64,000 nt of DNA, taken from NCBI RefSeq assembly GCF_009914755.1, contig NC_060947.1, one strand, 5' to 3'. Positions 26,571-48,000 of the stretch are shown here, in pieces. Position 1 is the first letter of the stretch, and each line of letters starts with the position of its first letter. The stretch is from the human T2T-CHM13v2.0 reference genome, Homo sapiens. The translations under genes were made by a program, and so were the position numbers. The notes beneath the pieces are model-generated. The model was not told where the DNA came from, did no database searches, and worked only from the letters and a program-made list of their open reading frames with translations.

Positions 26571-28236
26571 CCGTGGTTTGGGTGTACTCTTCCTCCTTTT
26601 CTGCAGTCTGTTATCATTGGATAATATAGGGATTCTATTATCCATGAAGACTTGGTGGGACTTTGTTATAATTTTCACCATAGTCTGCATGTGGGTTTAT
26701 GTATGGGTATCAGTTTCTGAAAATTTCCTCAATTCCTTCTCAAATGGATTTTCAAAGGAATTTTCATGATATATTATTTTACCCCACTCTTGGAATGTGG
26801 AACCTACTTCTAATTCCCCTCCATGAAATGAGGCTTCACTGCAGTTACACAGGTTAAAAAATTGAGAGGCTGCTGCTACGAATGGCTCCATGAGCCACAT
26901 GAAAAACCATATTCTTACAAGGTTGCTAGGTGAGTATTTAATCAGAACAAGGGGTATTTATTCACTTTGAGAAGTGTTTCTCAAAAAAGTGTCCTGAAAC
27001 TATTTTATCTGCTATAGGGATAACCTTGCAAGGAAGCTACTTTCCTTCAGCACACATAGACAGGACTCTACCAGATAGCAATGTACACTGCAGTGTTTGA
27101 CTTTCTTGACTGTCCCCACACAGCACCACTTAGTGGATAAGTCTGTCCAACTCTGGGGTTCATTAAGAAGAAATGTCTTCTCAGCAGATCTGAGGTACTT
27201 TTTCCAATTTCACCTTTATAAAGAATAGAGTCAATGTATTGCTTTCTTTATCATTTTTGCATATTTTTTAGTTGGCTTAGAGCTCAGACTTGTACAAGGG
27301 GTATATTTTGGGAACCCCTTTAAGTCCCAAGCATTTTGGAGTAAGAACATAGTAATAGTTGGGGTGCCAGCAAAAAGAGGAAAGGGGAGAAGAGCTGCAG
27401 GCCCACTGTTAGACCTATCCCCCAACCCCCAAGGGACATAGCAGAACATATGCTGGCTAACTGCTTATTACTACCAAGAATTTTGAAGGGAGAGAGCCTG
27501 GGCTGTGCAACCCCTGGTTCTCCTTTGAAGTACTAATCACATAAGTGATTTTTGCCATAGAGAAGGAGTGAGTGCACAGAGAGTGTATAGAGAAGCTAGA
27601 ACTGTTTTTGTCATGGATGTGCCTCCATATAGGAGAAAATACCAGGAACAGAGGATAAAAATTTCCCAGGGTATCCCAATATATGACTCAATTGAATGAG
27701 TTTCTGCCAGCTAAATAAGTATAATATTCTAGCCCTGCTTCCCTGAAATAACTTTAAGATTCCTTACATGACTTTTTTTTTTTTAATCTTCCTAGGTTAT
27801 TCAGTCACATGATTATGGACAGTCTCTTAGTTTTCTGCCATGGATAGCTAATTGCTTCATGGTATGTGTTTTACACATCACCCTCAGAGGGCTAGTTCGT
27901 CTCAAAGAGCCTTAGGATACCTCCCTCGGTCTCTGTGTAGTGATGGTACTTCCCTACTGTCACTTTTAAAGCAAGCAAAACTCCTGACAATGGGGAGATG
28001 CTTTGTTTCACCAAACTGGGAAGAATTCCACAAATCACCCTTGTATGGGGTTAATTCCTCTAATTCTTAATATTTCTCAGGTGGTGGCCTGAAGACTGAA
28101 GGTGTTTTGCTTTCAGGAAAAGGCAAGAGCCAGAAGGGAGGGCTGTGTGGAGGCATTTCTGGTATGCAGGACTAGCCTGAGCATGGTGGTTGCCATAGAA
28201 ACCTGAAATCATTATGGCAACCATGACAACTTTTTA

Positions 28237-30598
<2,362 letters not shown>

Positions 30599-30605
30599 TT
30601 ATGAC

Positions 30606-30877
30606 TTTTTTTTTTTTTTTTTTGAGATGGAGTCTCACTCTGTCGCCTGGGCTGGAGTGCAGTGGTACGATCTCGGCTCACTACAACCTCCGCCTCCCAG
30701 GTTCAAGAAATTCTAGTGCCTCAGCCTCCCTGAGTAGCTGGGATTACAGGTGCCCACCACAACGCCTGGCTAATTTTTCTATTTTTAGTAGAGATGGGGT
30801 TTAACCATGTTGGCCAGGGTGGTCTCAAATTCCTGACCTCAAGTGATCCGCCCGCCTTGGCCTCCCAAAGTGCTGGG
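30606..30877 (-). mobile_element. AluS (5'-truncated) at the L1 5' junction
   Basis: Poly-T tail and dimer ending at AAAGTGCTGGG. Confidence 0.92.
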
Positions 30878-32261
30878 GAGTGACAACTTTTTAATATAGA
30901 CCAACATAGCCTGGCAAGAAAAGCAAGGTCCTGCCTTCAGGTGTTTAGGACTCAGCTGAGGGTGTGGGTGCTCTGTGGTTGGGGACTGAACCTCCCTAGG
31001 GTGTGGGGGACAAAGGGATGCCAGATCCAAGTTGCCTCGTTCCCACTTTGGAACAAGTTGCCTTAGCAGTCTCATGAGAAAGCTGGGACCCTCCTGGCCC
31101 CAGTGAGTGTGGTGTCCTGCTCGAGGTGTCCTGGGGCTACTTTCCTTGTAAAGGTGGAACACAGGAGGACGAGAGAGGTAAAGACTCGCTGAACCCAGCT
31201 TCCCCCTCTGTAGAATGGGGAGAAGAATGCTCACCTACAGGATTGCTGGAACCTGCAGTGATACACATGCAAGATGATAGATAGCCCTGTGGTTATTACT
31301 GGATGATGGGTGCTTGTATGGATTCAAGCAATTTCCTATTTCTTTTTAAATTTGTTATGAGACAGACAAAGAAAGATGAAAAGGCCCCAGTGAGAAAGCC
31401 ATTATACTTCCTGGTTGTTGTGATCACTACCCAATTGTATCAGTGCCACTGGTCACTAACCTAGTACCCAGCATGGCGCCAGGCTTATAGTTGCTCCAGT
31501 AAAGCACAGTGATTGCTAGATTCTCTCTTTCTCTTTGCAGTTCTTCATCGGGTAATTGAGCTGATATCAGGTGTCTGAAGGAGGCAAGTTTTGAAGATGT
31601 GGGTCATGATGGCTGCTGAAGCTTCCACTCCATATTTGAAGGTCAGCAGTTCTCAGGAAACCTCTAGCACTTCCATCCCTGGTGGGATGTGATGCCTGTC
31701 TCAGGTGAGCTCACAGATGTGAACGGAAGCATGTTGTAGAAAAGCACTTGTGAGGTTCACAAAATAATCTAAAAGTAGAGAAGCTATTTTGATATCACCT
31801 TTGGAGAAGAGGTTTATCAGGTAGACTCTTACTTGGTAGTGAGGCTTTTATACATTCTATGGTAAAATTTTGTAGTAGCCAATAATTTTTGAAGTGTTAG
31901 TTTAAAATGCCCATTTAAAAATTTGTTATTGTAATAAATGACAATTACACTAGAATTTATCCTATTATAATGATACATAACCATGTTGTCTAAAATAGCC
32001 AGGTATTCTTAAATACCACTTTATTTTACCAAGTTATTACATTTTAGTTTTGAACTTCAGAAGGAAATGCACATCAACTTTCTCTACATATTTAGATGCA
32101 CCTCATTTCAAATGATTATTTCTGTTGTGGACATATATAGTGTGAACGACTTGATAAGACATAGTGTCCATCTGCTAATGTGACAAGGTCATGTTAGTGG
32201 GAATTGTTCTCCTGATTAATTCAGTATCATCAAATCTCAGAAAAATACAAGTATATTTCAG

Positions 32262-34375
<2,114 letters not shown>

Positions 34376-35805
34376 TTAATCATTACATTTTCATGGAACC
34401 ACCAGCAACCAGATTATTAATAATGACTATTGAAGAATCTTGGTAAAAAGCACAGGCTACTCTAGGATGGAAAAGGTATTTGATGCTTAATGTGCATGTA
34501 CATGTATTTCTATATCAGCTTTTAGAAATCATTGGCAATACACTGAAACTAGGGATAAAAATGTACCCCTGACAGTTCTACAGGTAATCTCCAGAAAAAT
34601 CAATGACTAAAATAATATAGGTTAGTAGCTTTCAACTTTATGTTTCTGCTATATTTGAATATGTTAAAATGTGAGGTTGTACTTTTTTGTCCCCAGTAAA
34701 CCCACCTTAAAAAATTCCTGGGATCTTGGATGGTGAGAGAGCACTGGGGAGAGGCAATGCATCTATATGAGTATTTGTGAATGTATCAATTTGTGTGTTG
34801 CTGAAGCTGCCAGGAATGTGTATTATGAGATGTTGAGACAAATTACTATGTATTACGTCAGTGTTATTCATTTCCTAGCACATGTTGGTAACAAGATATA
34901 GGGGGTTGTTTGTTTTTTCCCAGTGTTCCTTGGCTAGCCTGGTTACCATGGTGACTCCATGACTCTTATGGGATTTAGTGTAGAGTGAGTGTCCATTTAT
35001 GATTTTTGCCTGAGTCACTTATTTCGATGATAGTTGTGAAGTGTTGTTTTTAAAATTCTGATATTCCTTTCAAAACTATGAGTTGGCATTTAGAAAAGGG
35101 CAGAGTTTTCTCTTCTTATTTATCTGTGTATGTATGTATGTATATCAGTGTGACTCAGAGATTCTCATTTTTCTGAAAGGATTACCCTGTGCTATTATTA
35201 TTATTATAAATTTCGATGCTCAAATTGTCCCAGAATTGGCCAGTGGAAGGACCTTGAAGTTGGCTTCAGTGTCCAATTAACACCTCCCTAAAATTCCTTG
35301 AGCATGTACTTTGCTCTCTGAACCTGACTATATCCCCATCTGTAGAAAGGAAGTAATGATGTCTACCTTAGAGCATGGCTTTGAGCATTTGAAGAGAAAA
35401 AGTCTGAAGATAACAACCCATATCGTGTTGCATCTAGTAGGCCTTCAACAAATGTAAGTTCCCCACTCCAACTTTGCCTCCTTCATTCTGTCAGTGCGAT
35501 GCCTCTGACATTAAAATTCACATCATGAATACCAAAGAGAATACTTGGAAATGTGACAGGAAGCAGGCGTAAGTCTACATTTCTTTTTTTTTTTTTTTTT
35601 TTTATACTTTAAGTTTTAGGGTACATGTGCACAATGTGCAGGTTTGTTACATATGTATACATGTGCCATGTTGGTGTGCTGCACCCATTAACTCGTCATT
35701 TACAATTAGGTATATCTCCTAAAGCTATCCCTCCCACCTCCCCCCACCCCACAACAGTCTCCGGTGTGTGATGTTCCCCTTCCTGTGTCCATGTGTTATC
35801 ATTGT

Positions 35806-39632
<3,827 letters not shown>

Positions 39633-39695
39633 TATGATGTTAGGTGGTTATTTTGCTCATTAGTTGATGCAGTTTCTTCCTAGCCTCAGTGGTCT

Positions 39696-40711
39696 TTACA
39701 ATTTGGTATGTTTTTGCAGTGGCTGGTACCAGTTGTTCCTTTCCATGTTTAGTGCTTCCTTCAGGAGCTCTTTTAGGGCAGGCCTGGTGGTGACAAAATC
39801 TCTCAGCATTTGCTTGTCTGTAAAGTATTTTATTTCTCCTTCACTTATGAAGCTTAGTTTGGCTGGATATGAAATTCTGGCTTGAAAATTCTTTTCTTTG
39901 AGAATGTTGAATATTGGGCCCCACTCTCTTCTGGCTTGTAGAGTTTCTCCCGAGAGAGCAGCTGTTAGTCCGATGGGCTTTCCTTTGTGGGTAACCCGAC
40001 CTTTCTCTCTGGTTGCCCTTAACATTTTTTCCTTCATTTCAACTTTGATGAATCTGACAATTATGTGTCTTGGAATTGCTCTTCTCGAGGAGTATCTTTG
40101 TGGTGTTCTCTGTATTTCCTGAATTTGAATGTTGGCCTGCCTTGCTAGATTGGGGAAGTTCTCCTGGATAATATCCTGCAGAGTGTTTTCCAACTTGGTT
40201 CCATTCTCCCCGTCACTTTCAGGTACATCAATTAGATGTAGATTTGGTATTTTCACATAGTCCCATATTTCTTGGAGGCTTTGTTCGTTTCTTTTTATTC
40301 TTTTTTCTCTAAACTTCTCTTCATGCTTCATTTCATTCATTTCGTCTTCCATCGCTGATACCCTTTCTTCCAGTTGATCGCATCGGTTACTGAGGCTTGT
40401 GCATTTGTCACGTAGTTCTCGTGCCTGGTTTTCAGCTCCATCAGGTCCTTTAAGGACTTCTCTGCATTGGTTATTCTAGTTAGCCATTCATCTAATCTTT
40501 TTTCAAGGTTTTTAACTTCTTTGCCATGGGTTCAAACTTCCTCCTTTAGCTTGGAGTAGTTTGATCTTCTGAAGACTTCCTCTCTCAACTCGTCAAAGTC
40601 ATTCTCCATCCAGCTTTGTTCTGTTGCTGGTGAGGAGCTGTGTTCCTTTGGAGGAGGAGAGGCACTCTGATTTTTAGAGTTTCCGGTTTTTCTGCTCTGT
40701 ATTTTCCCCAT
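39696..40711 (-). pseudogene. L1 ORF1, disrupted
   Basis: ATGGGGAAAA start at 40711; only the C-terminal 218 aa (EQSLQEIWDYVK..ALNMERNNWYQPLQKH) is open. Confidence 0.93.
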
Positions 40712-41284
40712 TTTTGTGGTTTTATCTACCTTTGGTCTTTGATGATGGTGACGTACAGATGGGTTTTTGGTGTGGATGTCCTTTCTGTTTGTTAGTTTTC
40801 CTTCTAACAGTCAGGACCCTCAGCTGCAGGTGTGTTGGAGTTTACTGGAGGTCCACTCCAGACCCTGTTTGCCTGGGTATCAGCAGCGGAGGCTGCAGAA
40901 CAGTGGATATTGGTGAACAGCAAATGTTGCTGTCTGATCGTTCCTCTGGAAGTTTTGTCTCAGAGGAGTACCCGGCCGTGTGAGGTGTCAGTCTGCCCCT
41001 ACTGGGGGCTGCCTCCCAGTTAGGCTACTCGGGAGTCAGGGACCCACTTGAGGAGGCAGTCTGTCCATTCTCAGATCTCAAGCTGCGTGCTGGGAGAACC
41101 ACTACTCTCTTCAAAGCTGTCAGACAGGGACATTTAAGTCTGCAGAGGTTATTGCTGTCTTTTGTTTGTCTGCCCTGCCCCCAGAGGTGGAGCCTACAGA
41201 AGCAGGCAGGCCTGCTTGAGCTGTGGTGGGCTCCACCCAGTTCGAGCTTCCTGGCTGCTTTGTTTACCTACTCAAGCCTGAGCA

Positions 41285-41530
41285 ATGGCGGGCGCCCCTC
41301 CCCCAGCCTCACTGCCACCTTGCAGTTTGATCTCAGACTGCTGTGCTAGCAATGAGGGAGGCTCCGTGGGCATAGGACCCTCCGAGCTAGGTGCGGGATA
41401 TAATCTCCTGGTGTGCCGTTTGTTAAGCCCATTGGAAGAGCGCAGTATTAGGGTGGGAGTGACCCAATTTTCCAGGTGCCTTCTGTCACCCCTTTCTTTG
41501 ACTAGGAAAGGGAATTCCCTGACCCCTTGA
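41285..41530 (+). CDS. ORF0: L1 antisense ORF0 (open, 81 aa)
   Basis: MAGAPPPASLPPCSLISDCCASN..SVGIGPSE..IRVGVTQFSRC matches primate L1 ORF0; GCAATGG Kozak context. Expression not shown. Confidence 0.7.
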   Translation: MAGAPPPASLPPCSLISDCCASNEGGSVGIGPSELGAGYNLLVCRLLSPLEERSIRVGVTQFSRCLLSPLSLTRKGNSLTP

Positions 41531-41717
41531 GCTTCCTGGGTGAGGCAATGCTTTGCTCTGCTTCAGCTCACGCACGGTGCACTGCACCCACTGTCTGGCA
41601 CTCCCTAGTGAGATGAACCTGGTACCTCAGTTGGAAATGCAGAAATCACCCATCTGCTGCGTCGCTCACGCTGGGAGCTGTAGACTGGAACTGTTCCTAT
41701 TCGGCCATCTTGGCTAA

Positions 41718-42061
<344 letters not shown>

Positions 42062-42959
42062 TGTCATGTGCAATCTTGAGTATCACTGCTGTGTGGTGGT
42101 GGGGACAGTGAGATGAAGCTGAGGGAGAGGAAAAACCTCATTGCTTAGCTTCCAGTTAACTGAATGGGGTATAGGCAAAACATCATCACACGTACAACCT
42201 CCTTACCTGTCCTCTTTCTTTCCTCACTATTCCATGTGCTTTCTTATCTCCCTTCTAGTGTAACATCAGAGAAGGGGTGTACTCTGTGCCCTAGAACTAG
42301 GAGCTAACAGAGAAAAACCAAATGTGATGTGGAGTCTGCTAGACAGGCTACTGGAGCAAGAGTGAAGCGATGAAAGTCTCATCATTGGGACATATTAGGT
42401 GAGTCACTTCCCTTACACCAGCCTCATCTATTCAACAGGATAATAATTCCCAATCTTCCTGACCACTCAAGAATACTCTGGAGATTAACAATGAACTCAT
42501 ATGGGAAAGCAAACTGTGATCTTAGGTGGGAGGGAAGGACCAGTCACTTTTGAGTAATTACCTTAACAGAGACAATCCAGATGTCCTAGAGTTCTCCATG
42601 GTGGGCATTAAATTAATGGCACAGTAATGTGAGGTGTTTTCATCAGAATTTTGCCAAGTATGGTTCGTGGACTACTTCATCAAAATCATCATGGATTGCC
42701 TGTTAAAATAGTAGATATTTGGGTCTACCATAAGTCAGCTGAATGAAAAACAGGGAGATGTGGTGGCAGGTATCTATATTTTGAGAAATTTTTCCAATTG
42801 GTTGTGGTACTCATCCATGTTTGAAAAGCACTGCTGTGGATTTGCAACAAGGTCTATGAAAAATTTGAATCCTTTCATGTCTAATTTCATCATTGGTTGC
42901 TCCTACTACTTTGCTTTTAATATCTGTGTCATTTCTGTTTTGTGAAATAGGTACCAGTT

Positions 42960-43790
42960 CCTTTAATTCAGTAATTTTCATTCAGTGATTTATGTGTGGA
43001 GCATTGATCTAAGCACCGGGGAAACAGCACAGAGAACAAGACAAACATGGTCCCCGGACATATCATTTCTAGTTTGAGAAAACTGGTAATAAGTAGGTAA
43101 ACAGATCAATGAGCAGGGTAATTTCATATGGGGATTTGTGTTTTAACACATATAGAGTATTAAATGACCAAGATAAAGATAATTACAGATGGGGTTGTAA
43201 GTGAAGCTCCTTTTCAGGAAGTGACATTTGAGCTGAGTCCTGGATAACAAAAAGAAGCTAGGCACAGACTGACTTTTTGCCAGTGTGTATACAATGTGCA
43301 TGGGCACCGTGTGTTCCAAGAGCAGGGAAAAGCTCAAGTGCCTAGAGCCTGGCAGACAATGCACAGACTGGTGAGATGAGGTTGAAGGGGCAGATAGGAG
43401 CAATATTGTTTAAGCCATTGTAAGGAGTTTGGATTGTATTGTGAGTGTGGAGGGTTAGAGAATGGGAACAATATCATCTGACTCATGTTTTCAGAAAGTG
43501 ACTCTGGTCACTGTGCAAAGAATGGACTAGAGAGGGAGAAGATAGTGTGTGAGAATAACCATTAGAAAATATTGCGGAAGTCTAGGGAGGAGCAAGCTGA
43601 TGGTATCAATGCTGCAGCCATGTGTAGAGGGAGAAATGGACCTTGACAGTATGTGTTTGGAGGTAGGGAGGGTAAGACCTGTAGTAGCTGTGTGTGTGAA
43701 GTATGTGGGGATAAGGCAGAATAAAGTATGACCCCTCAGCTTTTTGTACAGCCATGTGGAAAAACGATAGTGCTATTTTGTGAGATCAGT
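42960..43790 (-). mobile_element. L2 fragment
   Basis: GAACAAGACAAACATGGTCCC, GGAAGTGACATTTGAGCTGAG, GCCATTGTAAGGAGTTTGGATT motifs. Confidence 0.7.
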
Positions 43791-43885
43791 CATTCCAAGT
43801 GCTTTTGAGATGTTCTTAAGTTAATTAAAATTTAGGTCATCCAAGGTTGGTTGTAGTGAAAATTAGAGATTTTAAGAATGCAGGT

Positions 43886-44072
43886 TGTGTATTTCAAAAT
43901 AGTTAAGAGAATAATTTAGATGTTTCTAGCATAAAGAAAACAAATAGTTAAGGTGATGGATATCTCAGTTATACTGATATGATCTTTACAAATATATGAG
44001 TGTGTTAAATTTTCACATGTACCCCCCAAAATATGTAACCCTATATTATATATCAATTGAAAAAATAAATAA
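43886..44072 (+). mobile_element. L1MA 3' end fragment
   Basis: TGTATTTCAAAATAG.TAAGAGA..AGGTGATGGATAT..TCACATGTACCCC..AATAAATAAA. Confidence 0.75.
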
Positions 44073-44996
44073 AGGTAATAGTAATGTTCAAAAAAAGAGA
44101 TATCCTTGCTGATTCCCACTTTATAGATGAGAAACTGAGTGGCAGAGAGAATAAGGACTTTGCCTGAGACTACACAGTTAGGGAGTGGGACAGCTTGGAT
44201 TTGTGTCCAGGATGTCATGCTTCAGAGCCTGAAAACTGTCACAGATTTCTTAGGTGAAAGAAACAGTCTGCACAAGCGTGCATGTTTTAGGAATGCATTT
44301 AAAGTAATACTTAGTATGTTAATAGATGTATACAAACACTGGCCCTAGTAACAAAAAGGTGAATGGTGACCTTGGTAAGATCACATTCATTACAATCCTG
44401 GCAATGGAAGTCATAGTGCAGTGGGATAGGGGGTTAGTGGCGAATAAAGAATGTTAACAAGGAATGCAGAAAACTATTTTTAGAGCTTTAACTTTGAAGG
44501 GAAAAGAGGAGAGAGAGAGAGAGAGGAAGAAGAAGAGGAAGAGGAAGAAGGAGGAGGGAGAGGGAGGGGTATCTTAAGTGGAAAAGATAGGTTGTCAAAG
44601 AAGATGAGGACTGTGATTGCACTTTTGGAGAGGACTATGATGTGTGTTGGGGGTCGAACATGTTCGTGTGCACGTCACCTACAGGGATGCGTCTGGAGAG
44701 CGTGCATTATCCTAAGGGACAACAGACCCCTTGGGGCCAGGGGGTAGGAGTAGGGTCAGTGAGAGATGCAGGATGATTTAAATGTATTGAAGTGCTTTTG
44801 CATAGTGTTTGAAATTTTGTATTCGGGGGGAAAAAGTAGTTTAATAAAAATTGAAAACAAAATACTTATCATCAGATTGACAAAAGTAATGTGCACATAT
44901 ATTCCATATATATATATATATATATTTTTTGCTTTGGAAAAGCATTCATTGTAGCCAATTTTATGGGGAAACAAAGCAGATTTTAAAAAATGAATG

Positions 44997-44998
<2 letters not shown>

Positions 44999-45044
<46 letters not shown>
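44999..45044 (+). repeat. (GT)n microsatellite, ~23 units
   Basis: Uninterrupted GT run. Confidence 0.98.
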
Positions 45045-45046
<2 letters not shown>

Positions 45047-48000
45047 CTAGCTAGTCTAGCTCCACCACCTCAAGTACAGCTCACAGTTGCAGTATTATCT
45101 TCAGTTCAGACCAGGACTGGCTTCTGATCTCAGATTTAGATATCCCACAAAAAGTGCTTCTGTTAATATTCCAGAAAAAATGATGGATACAGAAGGATAG
45201 CTGGATGTAAGTGAAAAGTTCCAGAAAACCATGTCTGATCCCATTAATCAAGCTCCCAACTTTCATCCCTCCCTGCCCGCTGCTGAGTCCCCTGGTCTAC
45301 ACTCAGAGTTGCAATCCTGACTCTGGCCACCAAGAGGCATTACAGCTATCTCCACGTTCCTTGCTCTTTCTTAATGAAAAGGGGTAAATTTCGCAGAGTA
45401 AGTAATGTTATGAAACTTTTCTTTACTGTGATACCAATAGTTCGGAATACCCATTTGTATATTAAAGCAGGCCAATTTGCTGTTGATTCCAAATCTACAG
45501 CGCATTCAGTAATTTATTTTTTCCTTCATTAGCGTAGGTTGAGGTGTCCACGCTGTAGGGGGCGGTCCCTCCTGGAGAGCAGGGTGTTCACCACCCATCA
45601 CTCCAACCCTGTACAGGCTTCTCAGACTCTCTCCCACTCCCTCCCACTGACCCCCCTCTCCAAGACATTGTGGACACATCTGCCCAGACCCCACTCCAGC
45701 GCCTCATCCTTTCAGTCACTTCCTGCTGCCCTGGGCTCCCCCAATCCTGCCTCCCAGCAACAGCCAAGGCACATCAGACCTACCTGGTGTTTCATCCTAT
45801 GGATGTCCCACAGTATGTTTTTACACTCTTTTTTACACCTGTCAGGGTTGTTTTTTTTTTCCAGACAGAATCATTCTGCAGTTCCTTTCATAGACTGGGT
45901 TTTAGGGGAGGATACCGTATTTTTCTGCTCCTTGCTTACACTTTGTAGAGAAGTTTGATAATAGTGGTACAGTGATGCCCCCTCATGACAGAAGCCTGAA
46001 CTGCAGCAGCTTGAACATCGCTGAGCAGGAAGGTGGGAGGGAGGTGCTGTGGCCCATGCACACCCTACAGAGTTTTCTGGAAGTGTGAGTAGAAAAATGG
46101 GCATTCCCACTGTACAGGGATACTGACGGCCACCAGACAGAAAGTGTAGCCTCTTTATGTGCTATGTGAAAGCACAAAATGATCATTTCTGTGTTTATGC
46201 TTTCAAACCTCTGGATAAATAGCTATAGACCTATATAAGCAAAAATGCATCTTGGCCACTAAGTGATCTTTGTGACCCACATTTGCCCTCATTGTGATCA
46301 TCTTTGCATACACATGCGTTTCCATAATAATGTTTTAAATTTCCTTCCAAAAATAATTGTAGTCTCTTTTTTTTATCAACCAGGTGGTTCATCATGTGGG
46401 TGCCCCAAAAATTCATTTAATTAGTATCCCAGTCATAAAAATGTAGTTGCTTTAACATTTTTTCCTGTTACAAACAATAGTATACTTAATATCCTCCTCA
46501 TATATATGCAAATATATTTGTAAGCATTTCTGTCAAAAAAAAAAAAAGTTCCTGGAAGTGGTCTTTCAAAACCCTGGGAACTGTAAAATTTTATATTAAC
46601 ATAGTGAAATCCAAATACTATTTCTAACTTATATTCCTTACATAACAGTATGTAAGGACCTTGTGTCTTCACACATTAGAAATAATGTGAATCATTGCTA
46701 ATCTTACAGGCAACAAATCACCTCTCATCGTTATCTTCATTAAAACTTGTTTTGCTGAATTCTAGAATTCCATCCTATGGATATGACATCAGTTTTCTCA
46801 AACCTGTGTTAGTCAGAGTGTTCTGATATTCCCTGTTATCTACACTGTGTGGAAGACATCTTTTCAGAGTCTGTGCATGGCTGAAGGGCACAGTTCCTGT
46901 AGCTGTTTACACTGGTGAGCCAAATGGGTCCTCTTAGAGCCTTACTAACTGTCTTGGAGGTTATTACAGTACTAATAACAGAACCTGGTTGCTGTACATG
47001 TGTGTGTATTTGTCACTGCTTGTGTGTGTGCACAGCATTTCCCTCTGCTTCCTTCTGCCCCTTCATAATTTGGTGTACCTGTTGGTCTTTCTTCCTAAAT
47101 TCAGGCCCAGAAATAAAGGAAGGGAATTTTCAGAATGACAGTACTTATAACCAGATGCTTATCAGCATCCTTCACAATGTCCTGAAGATAAACTTCTAAA
47201 AGGTAAATTGTTGGTGCAAAGGGTGTGCACCTATGTAGCCCTTTGATAAGTATTGCAATACTGACACCCAGAGAGGTAATGCCATTTAGATTCCTCAGGT
47301 GGAGTCACAGGAGAAAATCCCAAGAGGAGTAAAAAATAATAATGCTGATGTCATGTTAGAGTGGAGGCCCTGGATGCTGTTGTGGACCCACTCTCCAGTT
47401 TCTTCCACAGTTAGAAGATGTGGAAGTGATCAGGTGCAACTCGAATTTTTCATACAAGCAAAGCCCGAGTCAGCGTGAGGGGTGGTGGTGGTGGGGCAGG
47501 GAGAGACTGCCATTGCTTGGAGTTACTTAGGACACAGTCAGCAGGGCTGGGATACAGCTACGGTTTTATATATATTCATGGGTATAGAAAACATGGGCAT
47601 CAAGGCCTTCATATGAAAAAGTTTGGTCATTACTGAGGTACAACAGAAGGCTTTCTTGCAATATAATTACAGACAATGAAATTCGCAGTTTTAAGGATAC
47701 AACTTGATGATTTTCAGTAAACAAAAGTTGTGCAACCATCACCGTAGTTGAGTTTTGGAGGTTTCCATCACTATAAAATGTCCCATCATACTTGAACGCA
47801 GTTAATCCCTGCTTTCACCCCCAGCTCCAGGAATCACAGGTATGCTTTGTGTTTCTGTGGATTTACCTATTCTGGACATCTCATAGAAGTGGAATCATGC
47901 AATATTCATCTTTTGTGTCTGGCTTCTTTCACTTCACATAATGTTTTTAAGGTTTATCTATTTTGTAGCATGTATCAGTACTTTATTCCTTTTTATTGAT

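Noticed and set aside
45784-45987. Possible two-exon minus-strand mini-ORF (MRGHHCTTIIKLLYK-V-CKKECKNILWDIHRMKHQ)
   Set aside because: The phases happen to match, but the acceptor has an A-rich rather than pyrimidine tract and the peptide resembles nothing I recognise; likely chance.
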